Part shown: positions 28,658-37,364 of the stretch, piece after piece
How positions within the stretch are numbered: the first letter of the stretch is position 1
How the letters are laid out: every line of letters begins with the position of its first letter
NCBI GenBank assembly: GCA_944391335.1
Contig: CALXTF010000006.1
Span: 3,296 to 67,295, forward strand
Direction of reading: 5' to 3'
Length of the DNA stretch: 64,000 bases
From: an uncultured Alphaproteobacteria bacterium
GTDB lineage: Bacteria > Pseudomonadota > Alphaproteobacteria > RF32 > CAG-239
Position numbers and translations under genes: made by a program
Notes under the pieces: model-generated
Seen by the model: the letters and a program-made list of their open reading frames with translations, nothing else
Databases searched by the model: none
Told to the model about the DNA's origin: nothing

Positions 28658-29548
28658 ATGATGGAAAAAATGAAAGATAAAATTACCGCAAAAATAAAAA
28701 ACATTATGAATATGGAATTTTTAAGTAATAATCCTATTCATGCAGCCAATTTTTCTTTTTATGATTTATCGTTATTGCCAATAGGAATAGTATTTATGGG
28801 TTTTCGCCACTTTATACAAAATGCCGTGATATATGGTTTGTTGATAAGCATACTTGCATTTGCCACAGGTCAAAGTTATGTCTGCAATTTTGGTTTTGAA
28901 AATAAATATTTTAGCTGTTCACACACAATAGATATATATGTAACTTTTTTTCTTTTTCGGTTATTGATTGTTGCTGTTTTTCTTAGAAATTGGTATAAAG
29001 CTGCGATTTGCGGAGAGAAAATAAGTTTTAAAAATATGTTGACGATCACATTTCAAGACTGGAAGGTTTTAATATATATTTTGATTGTTCTTCTATTTCT
29101 TATATTGCCTTTTATTTCGGTAATTATTTTATCATATAGAGATCCCAACCCCAACTGGATTATAGAGAGTATATTTTTTGCATTTGTGTCAATAGGTATG
29201 TGGCTTCCATTTGTTGCGCTGCGTTTTTGCGGATTATTTTCTTACGCTTTTAATGATAAAAAATGTCCCTCATTTAAAACAATATGGCAATATACGAGCG
29301 GTAATATGTTAAAAATTATTATGAGTACGTTTATTGTTTGTGTGTTTAATATTCTATTGTTTTTCTATTTTAATTCATTAATTGATAAAATTATAGAATA
29401 TGATACAACGATTAGCGTCATAATTAGCGAATTTCTTTATAATATATTATTTTTGCTAATGGTTTTGATTTTTAGCGGCATAAGTTTTGTTCATGGCGAA
29501 GCGTTATCCCATTGGGATATAAAAGAACAAACATCAAAAGTAGATTAA
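28658..29548 (+). CDS. Hypothetical polytopic membrane protein
   Basis: 296-aa ORF starting 3 nt after the dnaE stop. At least 6 hydrophobic segments. No family recognised. Confidence 0.5.
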   Translation: MMEKMKDKITAKIKNIMNMEFLSNNPIHAANFSFYDLSLLPIGIVFMGFRHFIQNAVIYGLLISILAFATGQSYVCNFGFENKYFSCSHTIDIYVTFFLFRLLIVAVFLRNWYKAAICGEKISFKNMLTITFQDWKVLIYILIVLLFLILPFISVIILSYRDPNPNWIIESIFFAFVSIGMWLPFVALRFCGLFSYAFNDKKCPSFKTIWQYTSGNMLKIIMSTFIVCVFNILLFFYFNSLIDKIIEYDTTISVIISEFLYNILFLLMVLIFSGISFVHGEALSHWDIKEQTSKVD

Positions 29549-29555
29549 AAGAATA

Positions 29556-29580
29556 ATTAGCCCGTTGTTTTAACGGGCTA
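29556..29580. terminator. Bidirectional hairpin terminator between convergent genes
   Basis: ttagcccgtt-gtttt-aacgggctaa, a 10-bp stem. Confidence 0.6.
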
Positions 29581-29586
29581 AAGATT

Positions 29587-30366
29587 TTATCTAAAGAATA
29601 ATTCTTTTGTTATTCTCTTTGATTCTTCCATATAGTGTTGAGATTCGTTAGGGATACCGAGATAGGAAAGTGAAAAATCGGTAATTAGAAAACCAAAAGG
29701 GTTTTTGAGTGCGTCATTATGGTTTCTATTAGGAAAACGAACGAAGCGTAAGCGCATAATTGCCCGCCATATATTAATATCAGGAGTCGGCGAATTCGGC
29801 ATATAATCGAGAGTTCTAAATTGAGTTTGCCATAACCCCTTACTGAGAGGACGAATCCAGTCGATTTCAACATCTCGCATCATATTTTTGTTTCGGAATT
29901 GCAGCATATTAAATTTAGCGTCATTACGAACAAAATCATCGAAGATCGGAGCCATTGAATACCAATAGACAGCGGAACCTTTTCCCCAACGTCTGATAAG
30001 TTCATCATAATCATTTGAAATTAAATAACGCAACATAATATAATTAGTAATATTTTCTTCAATGATAAGGTTGTTGAGAGGATAACTAATTTCCATAGGT
30101 TGAGCGCGTTCAATTTGACTAAAATAATGATCAATATAAAACAATTGAGGAGCGCTTGATCTTTGAGGAAGCATAATATAAAGAGCGCAAGCCAACATTA
30201 TATTAAAACAAATAGACATAGAAGCTAAAATGACCAAGAATCGCGATGTCCACAAATATCTGCGTTCAGGCATTGCATCGACGTGAACACGTTCAGGGAA
30301 AAGCCCAAGTTGATCTGGACTTTGTTTTTCTTTATATTTAAAAATGGTGTTAAAAATACTAAACAT
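29587..30366 (-). CDS. VirB8-family (type IV secretion VirB8/TrbF-like) protein, orphan
   Basis: 259 aa. Cytoplasmic N-terminus, a single TM (FLVILASMSICFNIMLACALYIML), then a periplasmic domain with ITNYIMLRYLISNDYD (compare VirB8 YV..RE.Y). The C-terminal NPFGFLITDF matches the VirB8 hallmark NPLGFxVxxY. Confidence 0.6.
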   Translation of the reverse strand: MFSIFNTIFKYKEKQSPDQLGLFPERVHVDAMPERRYLWTSRFLVILASMSICFNIMLACALYIMLPQRSSAPQLFYIDHYFSQIERAQPMEISYPLNNLIIEENITNYIMLRYLISNDYDELIRRWGKGSAVYWYSMAPIFDDFVRNDAKFNMLQFRNKNMMRDVEIDWIRPLSKGLWQTQFRTLDYMPNSPTPDINIWRAIMRLRFVRFPNRNHNDALKNPFGFLITDFSLSYLGIPNESQHYMEESKRITKELFFR

Positions 30367-30529
30367 AGGAATTTGTAATCCTTTACAATACAGTTAATTA
30401 GTTATATTGTATAATCAAAGCTATTTAAAATCAAATAAATATGACGAAAATATAAAAAAATACTACCAAGTTGAAAAATATTAGTGTAAATATATAAAAG
30501 TATCTTTTGTGCATAAAGGGTTTTAACTG

Positions 30530-32437
30530 ATGAAAAAACTATTAATATCTTTGATTATTCCATTAATGTTCGCAGTAAGCTGCGTGCAACATAATACAGA
30601 TGTCACACCAACTTATGAAACGACATATAATCCCGAATCAGTTTTATATAATGACTGGGATCGAGCCGTGAGAGTGGATGTTGATTTACAAAACATGTAT
30701 GTAAGTACGCCAACCAAAATAGAAAAACCAATAGATTTATATATGGCCATGGCCTTGGCTCTAAAATATAATTACACTCGTCGTTTGATTTCTTATGAAG
30801 ACAGCATTATCAGAGCAGGGAAATCTCCAGTTAATAGACTCCCCGAAATTGTTAGTCATGCGGGCTATATAAACGATACCAACTCAGAAATGAGTCCTGA
30901 TTTAAAAGTTGCATGGAATATGCTTGATATTTCAATGGTTTATTGCCTAAGTAGGGATAATGATTATAAAGCCAGCGTCGCTTTTGAAGAGAGCCGTAAA
31001 GTTATTCATAATATTTTACAAGAAACCCGTACACTTTATTGGAAAACATTAACGGCGCAACGCTTATTGCCGGTTATTGACGATATGAGCGAATATATGA
31101 CTTTGGAAGTGGATGAAATGAATGTTCGCGCTAAAGAACTCGCCCAAAAAGGCGAAAGTCCAAGTGTCGAAGAATTAGTTAAAAAAAGACAGTATATGGA
31201 AGCTATTAAAAATTTAGCGTCACTTAAACGCGATATGGAAACAGCCCAGACAAGACTGGCCAGTCTTATGGGGTTGCATCCCTCCACAGAGTTCAAATTA
31301 GTTGGATCGGAATATGGTAATTTTGATTTACCGCGAATAAAAAATTCTCTGGCAGAGTTGGAATGGTTAGCTCTAAGCAATCGTCCTGAATTAAGAGAAC
31401 ACGATTTGGCGGTTAACGCCGAAAGAATGAAACTTGTTATTAAAGATTTTAAGGATCCCGGTTTAAAACAATATAAAAACGATCCTGAATTTTATAACAG
31501 TTTATGGTCTAAACAAGCTCGAGAAATAGGTATGAGCGTATTTGAAGATACCGCCAGTCCTAATGCCTTAGATATGGAACATTTAAGACGCCAACGGATG
31601 AGTGCTTTAATTTTAAGTCAGGTATATGTCGCTTGGGCGCAGTATATGTCGGCAGTTGAAGACTATCAACTTAATATGGAGATAGCATCCACGTCAGAAA
31701 ATATAGCCGAAGATTTTACAATCAGTATCGGCAGCGGTGCGGAAAAAAGTCAATTAGAAGCTTCACGCGCTATTGAAGATGAAGTTAAGGCCTTTAAATC
31801 ATACGCAGATTTACAAGAAGCCTTAGGAAATCTATATGCAACTATAGGACTTGATGCCATACCATATTATATGCTAAATGAAAAACCTTCCAAAATAGCT
31901 GTTTATCTGCATAATACATTAGAAAAATGGGCTAAAGGAGATTTTATGCCGGATAATCGTCCTTATTTACTGAATGTTCCGGCTAAACGTCCTCCGGTTA
32001 ATTTAAGTTCTGGAGAGTTTCTAGCTGATACCACTATAGAGACGGGGCAATCATTGGAAGTGAAAGTTCCCGATTCGGCACTTTCTAGGATGGATTTTGA
32101 AGGAAAAATTATTAGTCGGGCCGGTACAATTGATGATAAGCCTTTGCCCAAATGGTTGACTTATAATGAAGAAAACTGGACTTTTTATGGAACACCTATG
32201 CCTGGAGATAAAGGCGATTATAATTTAAAAGTATATTTTAGTGATGAAAAAGGGAATATTGCTTATATGACATTTAAGGTTTCGGTTAAAGAAGTATTTG
32301 TTCCTTCAATAACCTTAAAAGGTCAAGTTGACGGAAGTACAGCCACAGTTTTAAAACGTTGCGTGGGAAGTTCCTGCAAAGATGATTATATCATTGAGGA
32401 AGAATTAGGTAAAGATATACGCACTTCCGCTCAATAA
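30530..32437 (+). CDS. TolC/OEP-family outer-membrane lipoprotein with C-terminal Ig-like (dystroglycan/He_PIG-type) domain
   Basis: Lipoprotein signal MKKLLISLIIPLMFAVSC. Two OEP-like repeats (DLYMAMALALKYNYT; LEWLALSNRPELREHD). C-terminal LPKWLTYNEENWTFYGTPMPGDKGDYNLKVYFSDEKGN fits the putative Ig-domain pattern LPxWL...G.P....G.Y. Confidence 0.6.
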   Translation: MKKLLISLIIPLMFAVSCVQHNTDVTPTYETTYNPESVLYNDWDRAVRVDVDLQNMYVSTPTKIEKPIDLYMAMALALKYNYTRRLISYEDSIIRAGKSPVNRLPEIVSHAGYINDTNSEMSPDLKVAWNMLDISMVYCLSRDNDYKASVAFEESRKVIHNILQETRTLYWKTLTAQRLLPVIDDMSEYMTLEVDEMNVRAKELAQKGESPSVEELVKKRQYMEAIKNLASLKRDMETAQTRLASLMGLHPSTEFKLVGSEYGNFDLPRIKNSLAELEWLALSNRPELREHDLAVNAERMKLVIKDFKDPGLKQYKNDPEFYNSLWSKQAREIGMSVFEDTASPNALDMEHLRRQRMSALILSQVYVAWAQYMSAVEDYQLNMEIASTSENIAEDFTISIGSGAEKSQLEASRAIEDEVKAFKSYADLQEALGNLYATIGLDAIPYYMLNEKPSKIAVYLHNTLEKWAKGDFMPDNRPYLLNVPAKRPPVNLSSGEFLADTTIETGQSLEVKVPDSALSRMDFEGKIISRAGTIDDKPLPKWLTYNEENWTFYGTPMPGDKGDYNLKVYFSDEKGNIAYMTFKVSVKEVFVPSITLKGQVDGSTATVLKRCVGSSCKDDYIIEEELGKDIRTSAQ

Positions 32438-32453
32438 TAAAATTATCAAAAAT

Positions 32454-32485
32454 AAAAAGAGTTGTGTTAAAGCACAGCTCTTTTT
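32454..32485. terminator. Bidirectional intrinsic terminator
   Basis: aaaa-agagttgtg-ttaaag-cacagctct-tttt, a 9-bp stem (one G-U) flanked by A- and T-runs. Confidence 0.65.
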
Positions 32486-32487
32486 AT

Positions 32488-32625
32488 GATTCGAACGTAA
32501 CACTACCTGCGTAAGCAGGTAGATGTAGATATACCTGCACAGCCGTTAGGCTTGCGAAGCCTTTGGGCAGGGCGAACGTAGTTCGGAACAGGTAATACCA
32601 CTTGCGTTAGCTAGTGGAAGTTTAT
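32488..32625. other. GC-rich multi-hairpin intergenic element (candidate structured RNA or REP-like element)
   Basis: Three related hairpins share the core YTGCG..AGC: ctacctgc-gtaa-gcaggtag (8-bp stem, GNRA loop), aggctt-gcg-aagcct (nested inside cctgc...gcagg) and ccacttgc-gtta-gctagtgg. cgaacgta occurs twice. The G+C content is far above the surrounding sequence. Confidence 0.4.
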
Positions 32626-32638
32626 TATATATATATTA

Positions 32639-35113
32639 TTATTCAGGAACAGGTTTAATATTCCAAATTTTATCAGCATATTCAATTACCGCACGATCAC
32701 TAGAGAAACGTCCAATACGCGCAATATTTAAGATAGCCATATTAGCCCATTTGAGATGATCAAGATAATCATGTTCAGCTTGATGTAAAGCTTGATTGAA
32801 TTCCGCTAAATCGGCTAACACCATATAATAATCACGAGAAAGTAATTCTTCATATATCATTTTAAATAGTAAAATATAATCTTTTTCACAAAACATATTT
32901 GAGTTTAATGTGTTCATGATTCTTTTAATATAGTCGGAATGTTCGTAGATTTCGCGTGGATGATAAGAATTATTACGGTGCATTTCGGCGATTTGTTCTT
33001 CTTTTAAGCCAAATAAATAGAAATTTTCAGCACCGACAGCTTCTCTAATTTCGATATTAGCACCATCATATGTGCCAACAGTTAAGGCACCGTTAAGAGC
33101 GAATTTCATATTACCAGTACCAGAAGCTTCGAAACCAGCGGTAGAATTTTGAATACTGATATCTGCTGCCGGAATTAAAATTTCTGCAAGAGAAACTTTA
33201 TAATCAGGAATAAAGACGACCTTAATTTTATCATTAACGCGCGGATCGTTATTAACAACATCAGCGACATTATTAATAAGTTTGATAATTTGTTTGGCAA
33301 AATTATAAGATGGAGCAGCTTTACCGGCGAAGATATAAGTTTTAGGACAAGGAGGAATAGCATTATCTTTAATAATAGCAAGGTAATCGCCGATAACTTG
33401 TAAAATAGTCATTAATTGACGTTTGTATTCATGAATGCGTTTTGCTTGAACAATAAAGATACTATCAATATTAATAGCCACACCAGTTGTTTTAAATATT
33501 TTTTTAGCCAATCGTTTTTTATTTTCTTTTTTAATTTCCATAAAACGAGAAACAAAATCAGGTTCTTGAGCAAATTTTTCAATATTTTCGAGTTGATTAA
33601 GATCGGTAATCCATTCATCGCCGATTTTAGATGAAATCAAATCAGCAAGAGGAATATTTGCGTGATAGAGCCAACGTCGAGGAGTAACACCATTTGTAAT
33701 ATTAATAAATTTTTGAGGCCACAATTCGTAGAATTCAGGAACTAAACGAGTTTTAAGCAATTCAGAATGAATTTTGGCAACACCGTTTACTTTAAAAGAA
33801 CCGACAATAGAAAGATTTGCCATACGGATGATTTGATTATCACCATCACCGGAGACAATAGATAATTTAGCTAATTTTTCAGATTGGTTTCCAAGTTTTG
33901 TTTTAGCAAATTCAATAAACCGTCGATTAATTTCATAAATAATTTGCAGGTGTCGAGGTAGAAGTTTACCCATCATTCGTGCCGGCCATACTTCTAGGGC
34001 TTCGGGAAGGAGTGTATGGTTTGTATAAGCGAAAATTCTTGTAGTTATATCCCAAGATGTATTCCAAGATTGACCGTAAATATCAATTAATTGATGCATT
34101 AATTCTGGAATTGCGAGTGCTGGGTGAGTGTCATTTAGTTGAATACTGATATATTCAGGCATTTTATGAAAATCATTGCTTTTCTCCATAAACCGTCGAA
34201 TAATATCTTGAATAGCGCAAGAAACAAAGAAATATTGTTGTTTTAAACGTAATTCTTTTCCCGATTCGATACTATCGGAAGGGTAAAGAACTTTAGATAT
34301 AGTTTCATTTTCTATTTTATCTTTAACGGCATCAATATATCCGCCTTTATTAAAGATATTAATATCGAGTTGCTCATCACCTTCGGCAGAAAACAGACGT
34401 AAATAATTCACAGATTTTCCATTATAACCGACAATGGGGAAATCATAAGGAATACCATAAATATGTTCGGAATTTTTCCAAATAAACATAGGTTCGCCAT
34501 TAGCTGCATATTGAGTTTCGACAGTACCGTACATTGGAATAGAGATTTTACGATCAGGTCGAGCAAATTGCCACGGAGAATCTACTCCTTGCCAACTATC
34601 GGCTAATTCGATTTGATAACCATTTTCAAATTTTTGTTTAAATAAACCATATTCATAATTAATTCCATAACCAAAACCGGGAATACCCAAAGAGGCCATA
34701 GAATCAAGGTAGCAAGCGGCTAATCGACCTAAACCGCCATTACCTAAAGCCGGATCATATTCTGTATCAAAAATTTCCTCAAGAGATTCCCAAGGCCAAC
34801 CATCAATTTTAATATTTTTTAAAATATCAAACAATCCAAGATTTCGTAAATTATTTTCAAGTGATCGTCCAATAAGATATTCAATAGAGAGGTAATAAAC
34901 TCGTTTAGAGTTGGCTTTATTATAACGAGCGATTGTTTGGTACATACGATCCATGGCAAATTCGCGTACAGCAAGAGAAATAACTTTAAACGCTTCTTCT
35001 TTTGTTATTTCGCAAGTACGTTTGCCGATAAAATATTTAATATAATGTTCAATAGAAAGTTTTAATCGAGCTTTGTCAATTTCATTAAGGACGACAGAAT
35101 TATCTTTAACCAT
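32639..35113 (-). CDS. glgP: Glycogen/maltodextrin phosphorylase
   Basis: 824 aa. GNGGLGRLAACYLDS and the PLP-site EASGTGNMKFALNGALTVGTYDGANIE. Confidence 0.95.
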   Translation of the reverse strand: MVKDNSVVLNEIDKARLKLSIEHYIKYFIGKRTCEITKEEAFKVISLAVREFAMDRMYQTIARYNKANSKRVYYLSIEYLIGRSLENNLRNLGLFDILKNIKIDGWPWESLEEIFDTEYDPALGNGGLGRLAACYLDSMASLGIPGFGYGINYEYGLFKQKFENGYQIELADSWQGVDSPWQFARPDRKISIPMYGTVETQYAANGEPMFIWKNSEHIYGIPYDFPIVGYNGKSVNYLRLFSAEGDEQLDINIFNKGGYIDAVKDKIENETISKVLYPSDSIESGKELRLKQQYFFVSCAIQDIIRRFMEKSNDFHKMPEYISIQLNDTHPALAIPELMHQLIDIYGQSWNTSWDITTRIFAYTNHTLLPEALEVWPARMMGKLLPRHLQIIYEINRRFIEFAKTKLGNQSEKLAKLSIVSGDGDNQIIRMANLSIVGSFKVNGVAKIHSELLKTRLVPEFYELWPQKFINITNGVTPRRWLYHANIPLADLISSKIGDEWITDLNQLENIEKFAQEPDFVSRFMEIKKENKKRLAKKIFKTTGVAINIDSIFIVQAKRIHEYKRQLMTILQVIGDYLAIIKDNAIPPCPKTYIFAGKAAPSYNFAKQIIKLINNVADVVNNDPRVNDKIKVVFIPDYKVSLAEILIPAADISIQNSTAGFEASGTGNMKFALNGALTVGTYDGANIEIREAVGAENFYLFGLKEEQIAEMHRNNSYHPREIYEHSDYIKRIMNTLNSNMFCEKDYILLFKMIYEELLSRDYYMVLADLAEFNQALHQAEHDYLDHLKWANMAILNIARIGRFSSDRAVIEYADKIWNIKPVPE

Positions 35114-35251
35114 TTTCTCTCCTGTATAATATAAAACTTCTTTAAAATATAGATCAAAATTGTTTGAAATATAGTTAATAAATAAAGATAGATAAAAAAT
35201 AATTATTTATCAAAAAGAAAATTTTCTTTGCTTTAAATGAGTAATATTTTA

Positions 35252-35279
35252 TTGCAATCCCCAAAAAATAGAATATAAT
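35252..35279 (+). promoter_or_regulatory. Putative sigma70-type promoter of tolC
   Basis: TTGCAA (35252-35257), 16-nt spacer, TATAAT (35274-35279). Confidence 0.5.
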
Positions 35280-35310
35280 CATCAAAGAAAAAGTTAAAAG
35301 AGGTAAAATA

Positions 35311-36672
35311 ATGAATAAATATTTTGTAACAGCTTTATTATGTGGTGCATTTATCTGCTCGCCGGTTCGCGCAGAAACGATTTTTGAAGCTCTTGGCGAA
35401 GCTTACAAAAGCAACCCCGATTTGCAAGCCCAAAGAGCATATCTCCGTTCGGTTGATGAAAATGTGGCAATTGCACAATCAGGCTATCGTCCATCGATAG
35501 ATTTAGTTGGAAGTTATGGTGAAACTCACAATAATAACGATCAAGATAATACTGATAGAGGATATGATACCAGTGTAATAGGTGCGCAAATAACTCAACC
35601 GATATTTAATGGTTTATCAACATATCATTCGGTTAAAGCTGCAGATAGCAATGTTCGCGCCGAACAATATAATCTATCAAATTATGAACAAATGATTTTT
35701 TTAAATGCTTCGGAAGCTTATTTGAATGTTGTTCGTGACGCGGCAATTGTCGACTTACAAAAAAGTAATGAAAAATTATTACAGAAACAATTAGATGAAA
35801 CAATTGAACGTTTTAATGTCGGAGAATTAACTCGTACAGATGTCGCTCAGTCTAAAGCGAGCCTCTCTCAAGCGACAGCCAATCGCATTAGTGCGGAAGG
35901 AAATTTACAGGTTTCCCGCGCAATCTATCAACAGGTTATAGGTAAACAACCCGAAAATTTAACTGAACCGGATAATATTCACGAATTCTTACCGGCAACT
36001 TTTGAACAAGCCCTTAATTATACTTTAAATAATAACTATGAAATCTTATCAGCTAAAAAAGCCTTAGAAGCTAGTGAATATAAAGTTAAAGCAAACTATG
36101 GAGCTTTAATGCCGCAAATAGCAGCCGTCGGTGAGGTTGCTAAAACTAAAAATGATCCTCGATACAAGGGATTAGATGATGGTACCGTTGATGGTGTTGA
36201 ATTTAGCATTAATATGACTATTCCACTATATGATGCCGGAGAAGATCGTGCTAAAATCCGTCAAAGTAAATATAATAAATGGCAAGCATATGAACAAGTT
36301 TTAAGTGCTGAACGTGGAGCTGTTTCGGATATTACAAGTTATTGGGAATCCATGGTGGCTAATGATGCGATGATTAAAGCTTTGCAAGATCAAGTCAAAG
36401 CTAATGAAATTGCCTTGGACGGCGTCAGAAAAGAAGAAGCATTGGGAAATAGAACAATTCTCGATGTCCTAAACGCATTTCAAACACTTCTTGATTCAAA
36501 AGTGGAAGTCGTAACAGTTCGTCGTGAATACTATCTTTCAGCAATGCAAATTATGCAGGCTATGGGAAAATTAACCGCCGAGAACCTAAAGCTTAATGTC
36601 GGATTATATCATCCTAAAGAATATTATAAAGAAACAAAAGGCAAATGGCTCTCATTGTCGACAGATGATTAA
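35311..36672 (+). CDS. tolC: TolC-family outer membrane channel protein
   Basis: 453 aa. Signal peptide. ETIFEALGEAYKSNPDLQAQRA start and a second repeat (FEQALNYTLNNNYEILSAKKALE), typical of alphaproteobacterial TolC. Confidence 0.85.
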   Translation: MNKYFVTALLCGAFICSPVRAETIFEALGEAYKSNPDLQAQRAYLRSVDENVAIAQSGYRPSIDLVGSYGETHNNNDQDNTDRGYDTSVIGAQITQPIFNGLSTYHSVKAADSNVRAEQYNLSNYEQMIFLNASEAYLNVVRDAAIVDLQKSNEKLLQKQLDETIERFNVGELTRTDVAQSKASLSQATANRISAEGNLQVSRAIYQQVIGKQPENLTEPDNIHEFLPATFEQALNYTLNNNYEILSAKKALEASEYKVKANYGALMPQIAAVGEVAKTKNDPRYKGLDDGTVDGVEFSINMTIPLYDAGEDRAKIRQSKYNKWQAYEQVLSAERGAVSDITSYWESMVANDAMIKALQDQVKANEIALDGVRKEEALGNRTILDVLNAFQTLLDSKVEVVTVRREYYLSAMQIMQAMGKLTAENLKLNVGLYHPKEYYKETKGKWLSLSTDD

Positions 36673-36686
36673 TATAGGAAAATAAG

Positions 36687-37268
36687 ATGGCAATAGAACA
36701 GGAAAATAAAGAACCTTCAATGGCGGAAATACTTTCCTCAATCCGCCAGATATTGGAAGAAACAAATTTTTCCAATAATGAAAAAAACATTAATGATGAT
36801 ATTTTGGATTTAACTCCGGCAATGATGGTTAATACAAACGAAAATTATCAAATAAAGGGTTCTATTCCTGTTCAACCAACAGATTTTGTTAATGAAACGG
36901 TAAAAAAAACTTCTGATGAAGAAGAAATTATCAAATATCAAACATCCCTACAAGATGTAAACGATATAAATGATAAACAAAAAACGGATTTAACAACTGA
37001 TGTTTCTAAAGAAATTATTAATAGTTTTACTCATTTATTTGAACAAACAGATTATCGCCGCCGTACAGAAAAACCTATCTATGATGCAGATGCACTTTTG
37101 CGTCAAATAGTAGAAAAAGTCATTAGCGAAAAGTTGGATAATCATATGTTGCAAAACGTTATTAAAGAAAATATCGTTCCCGTGTTAGAAGAATGGCTTT
37201 CCCATTATTTACCAAGATTAGTGGCCCAGGAAGTTGAGCGAGTGATAGTAAAGACCGGCAGACGCTAA
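36687..37268 (+). CDS. popZ: PopZ-like polar organizing protein (DUF2497)
   Basis: N-terminal EPSMAEILSSIRQILEE matches Caulobacter PopZ EPTMEEILASIRRIISED. C-terminal VLEEWLSHYLPRLVAQEVERVI matches LLKEWLDQNLPRIVETKVEEEVQRI. Acidic linker. Sits between tolC and valS. Confidence 0.75.
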   Translation: MAIEQENKEPSMAEILSSIRQILEETNFSNNEKNINDDILDLTPAMMVNTNENYQIKGSIPVQPTDFVNETVKKTSDEEEIIKYQTSLQDVNDINDKQKTDLTTDVSKEIINSFTHLFEQTDYRRRTEKPIYDADALLRQIVEKVISEKLDNHMLQNVIKENIVPVLEEWLSHYLPRLVAQEVERVIVKTGRR

Positions 37269-37364
37269 AATTTAGTGCCGGTCTAAAGACATATACTGCC
37301 CGAAGAGTAAGACTTTGCGGCGGTTTTAACTTTTTTTGATAAAATGTAATAAAAGGGAAAAAAG

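Noticed and set aside
30384-30411. Inverted repeat tacaata-N14-tattgta in the VirB8-like / lipoprotein divergent region, considered as a possible operator.
   Set aside because: A 7-bp AT-only arm in a very AT-rich intergenic region is expected by chance. It also overlaps a TATAAT-like hexamer, which may explain it.
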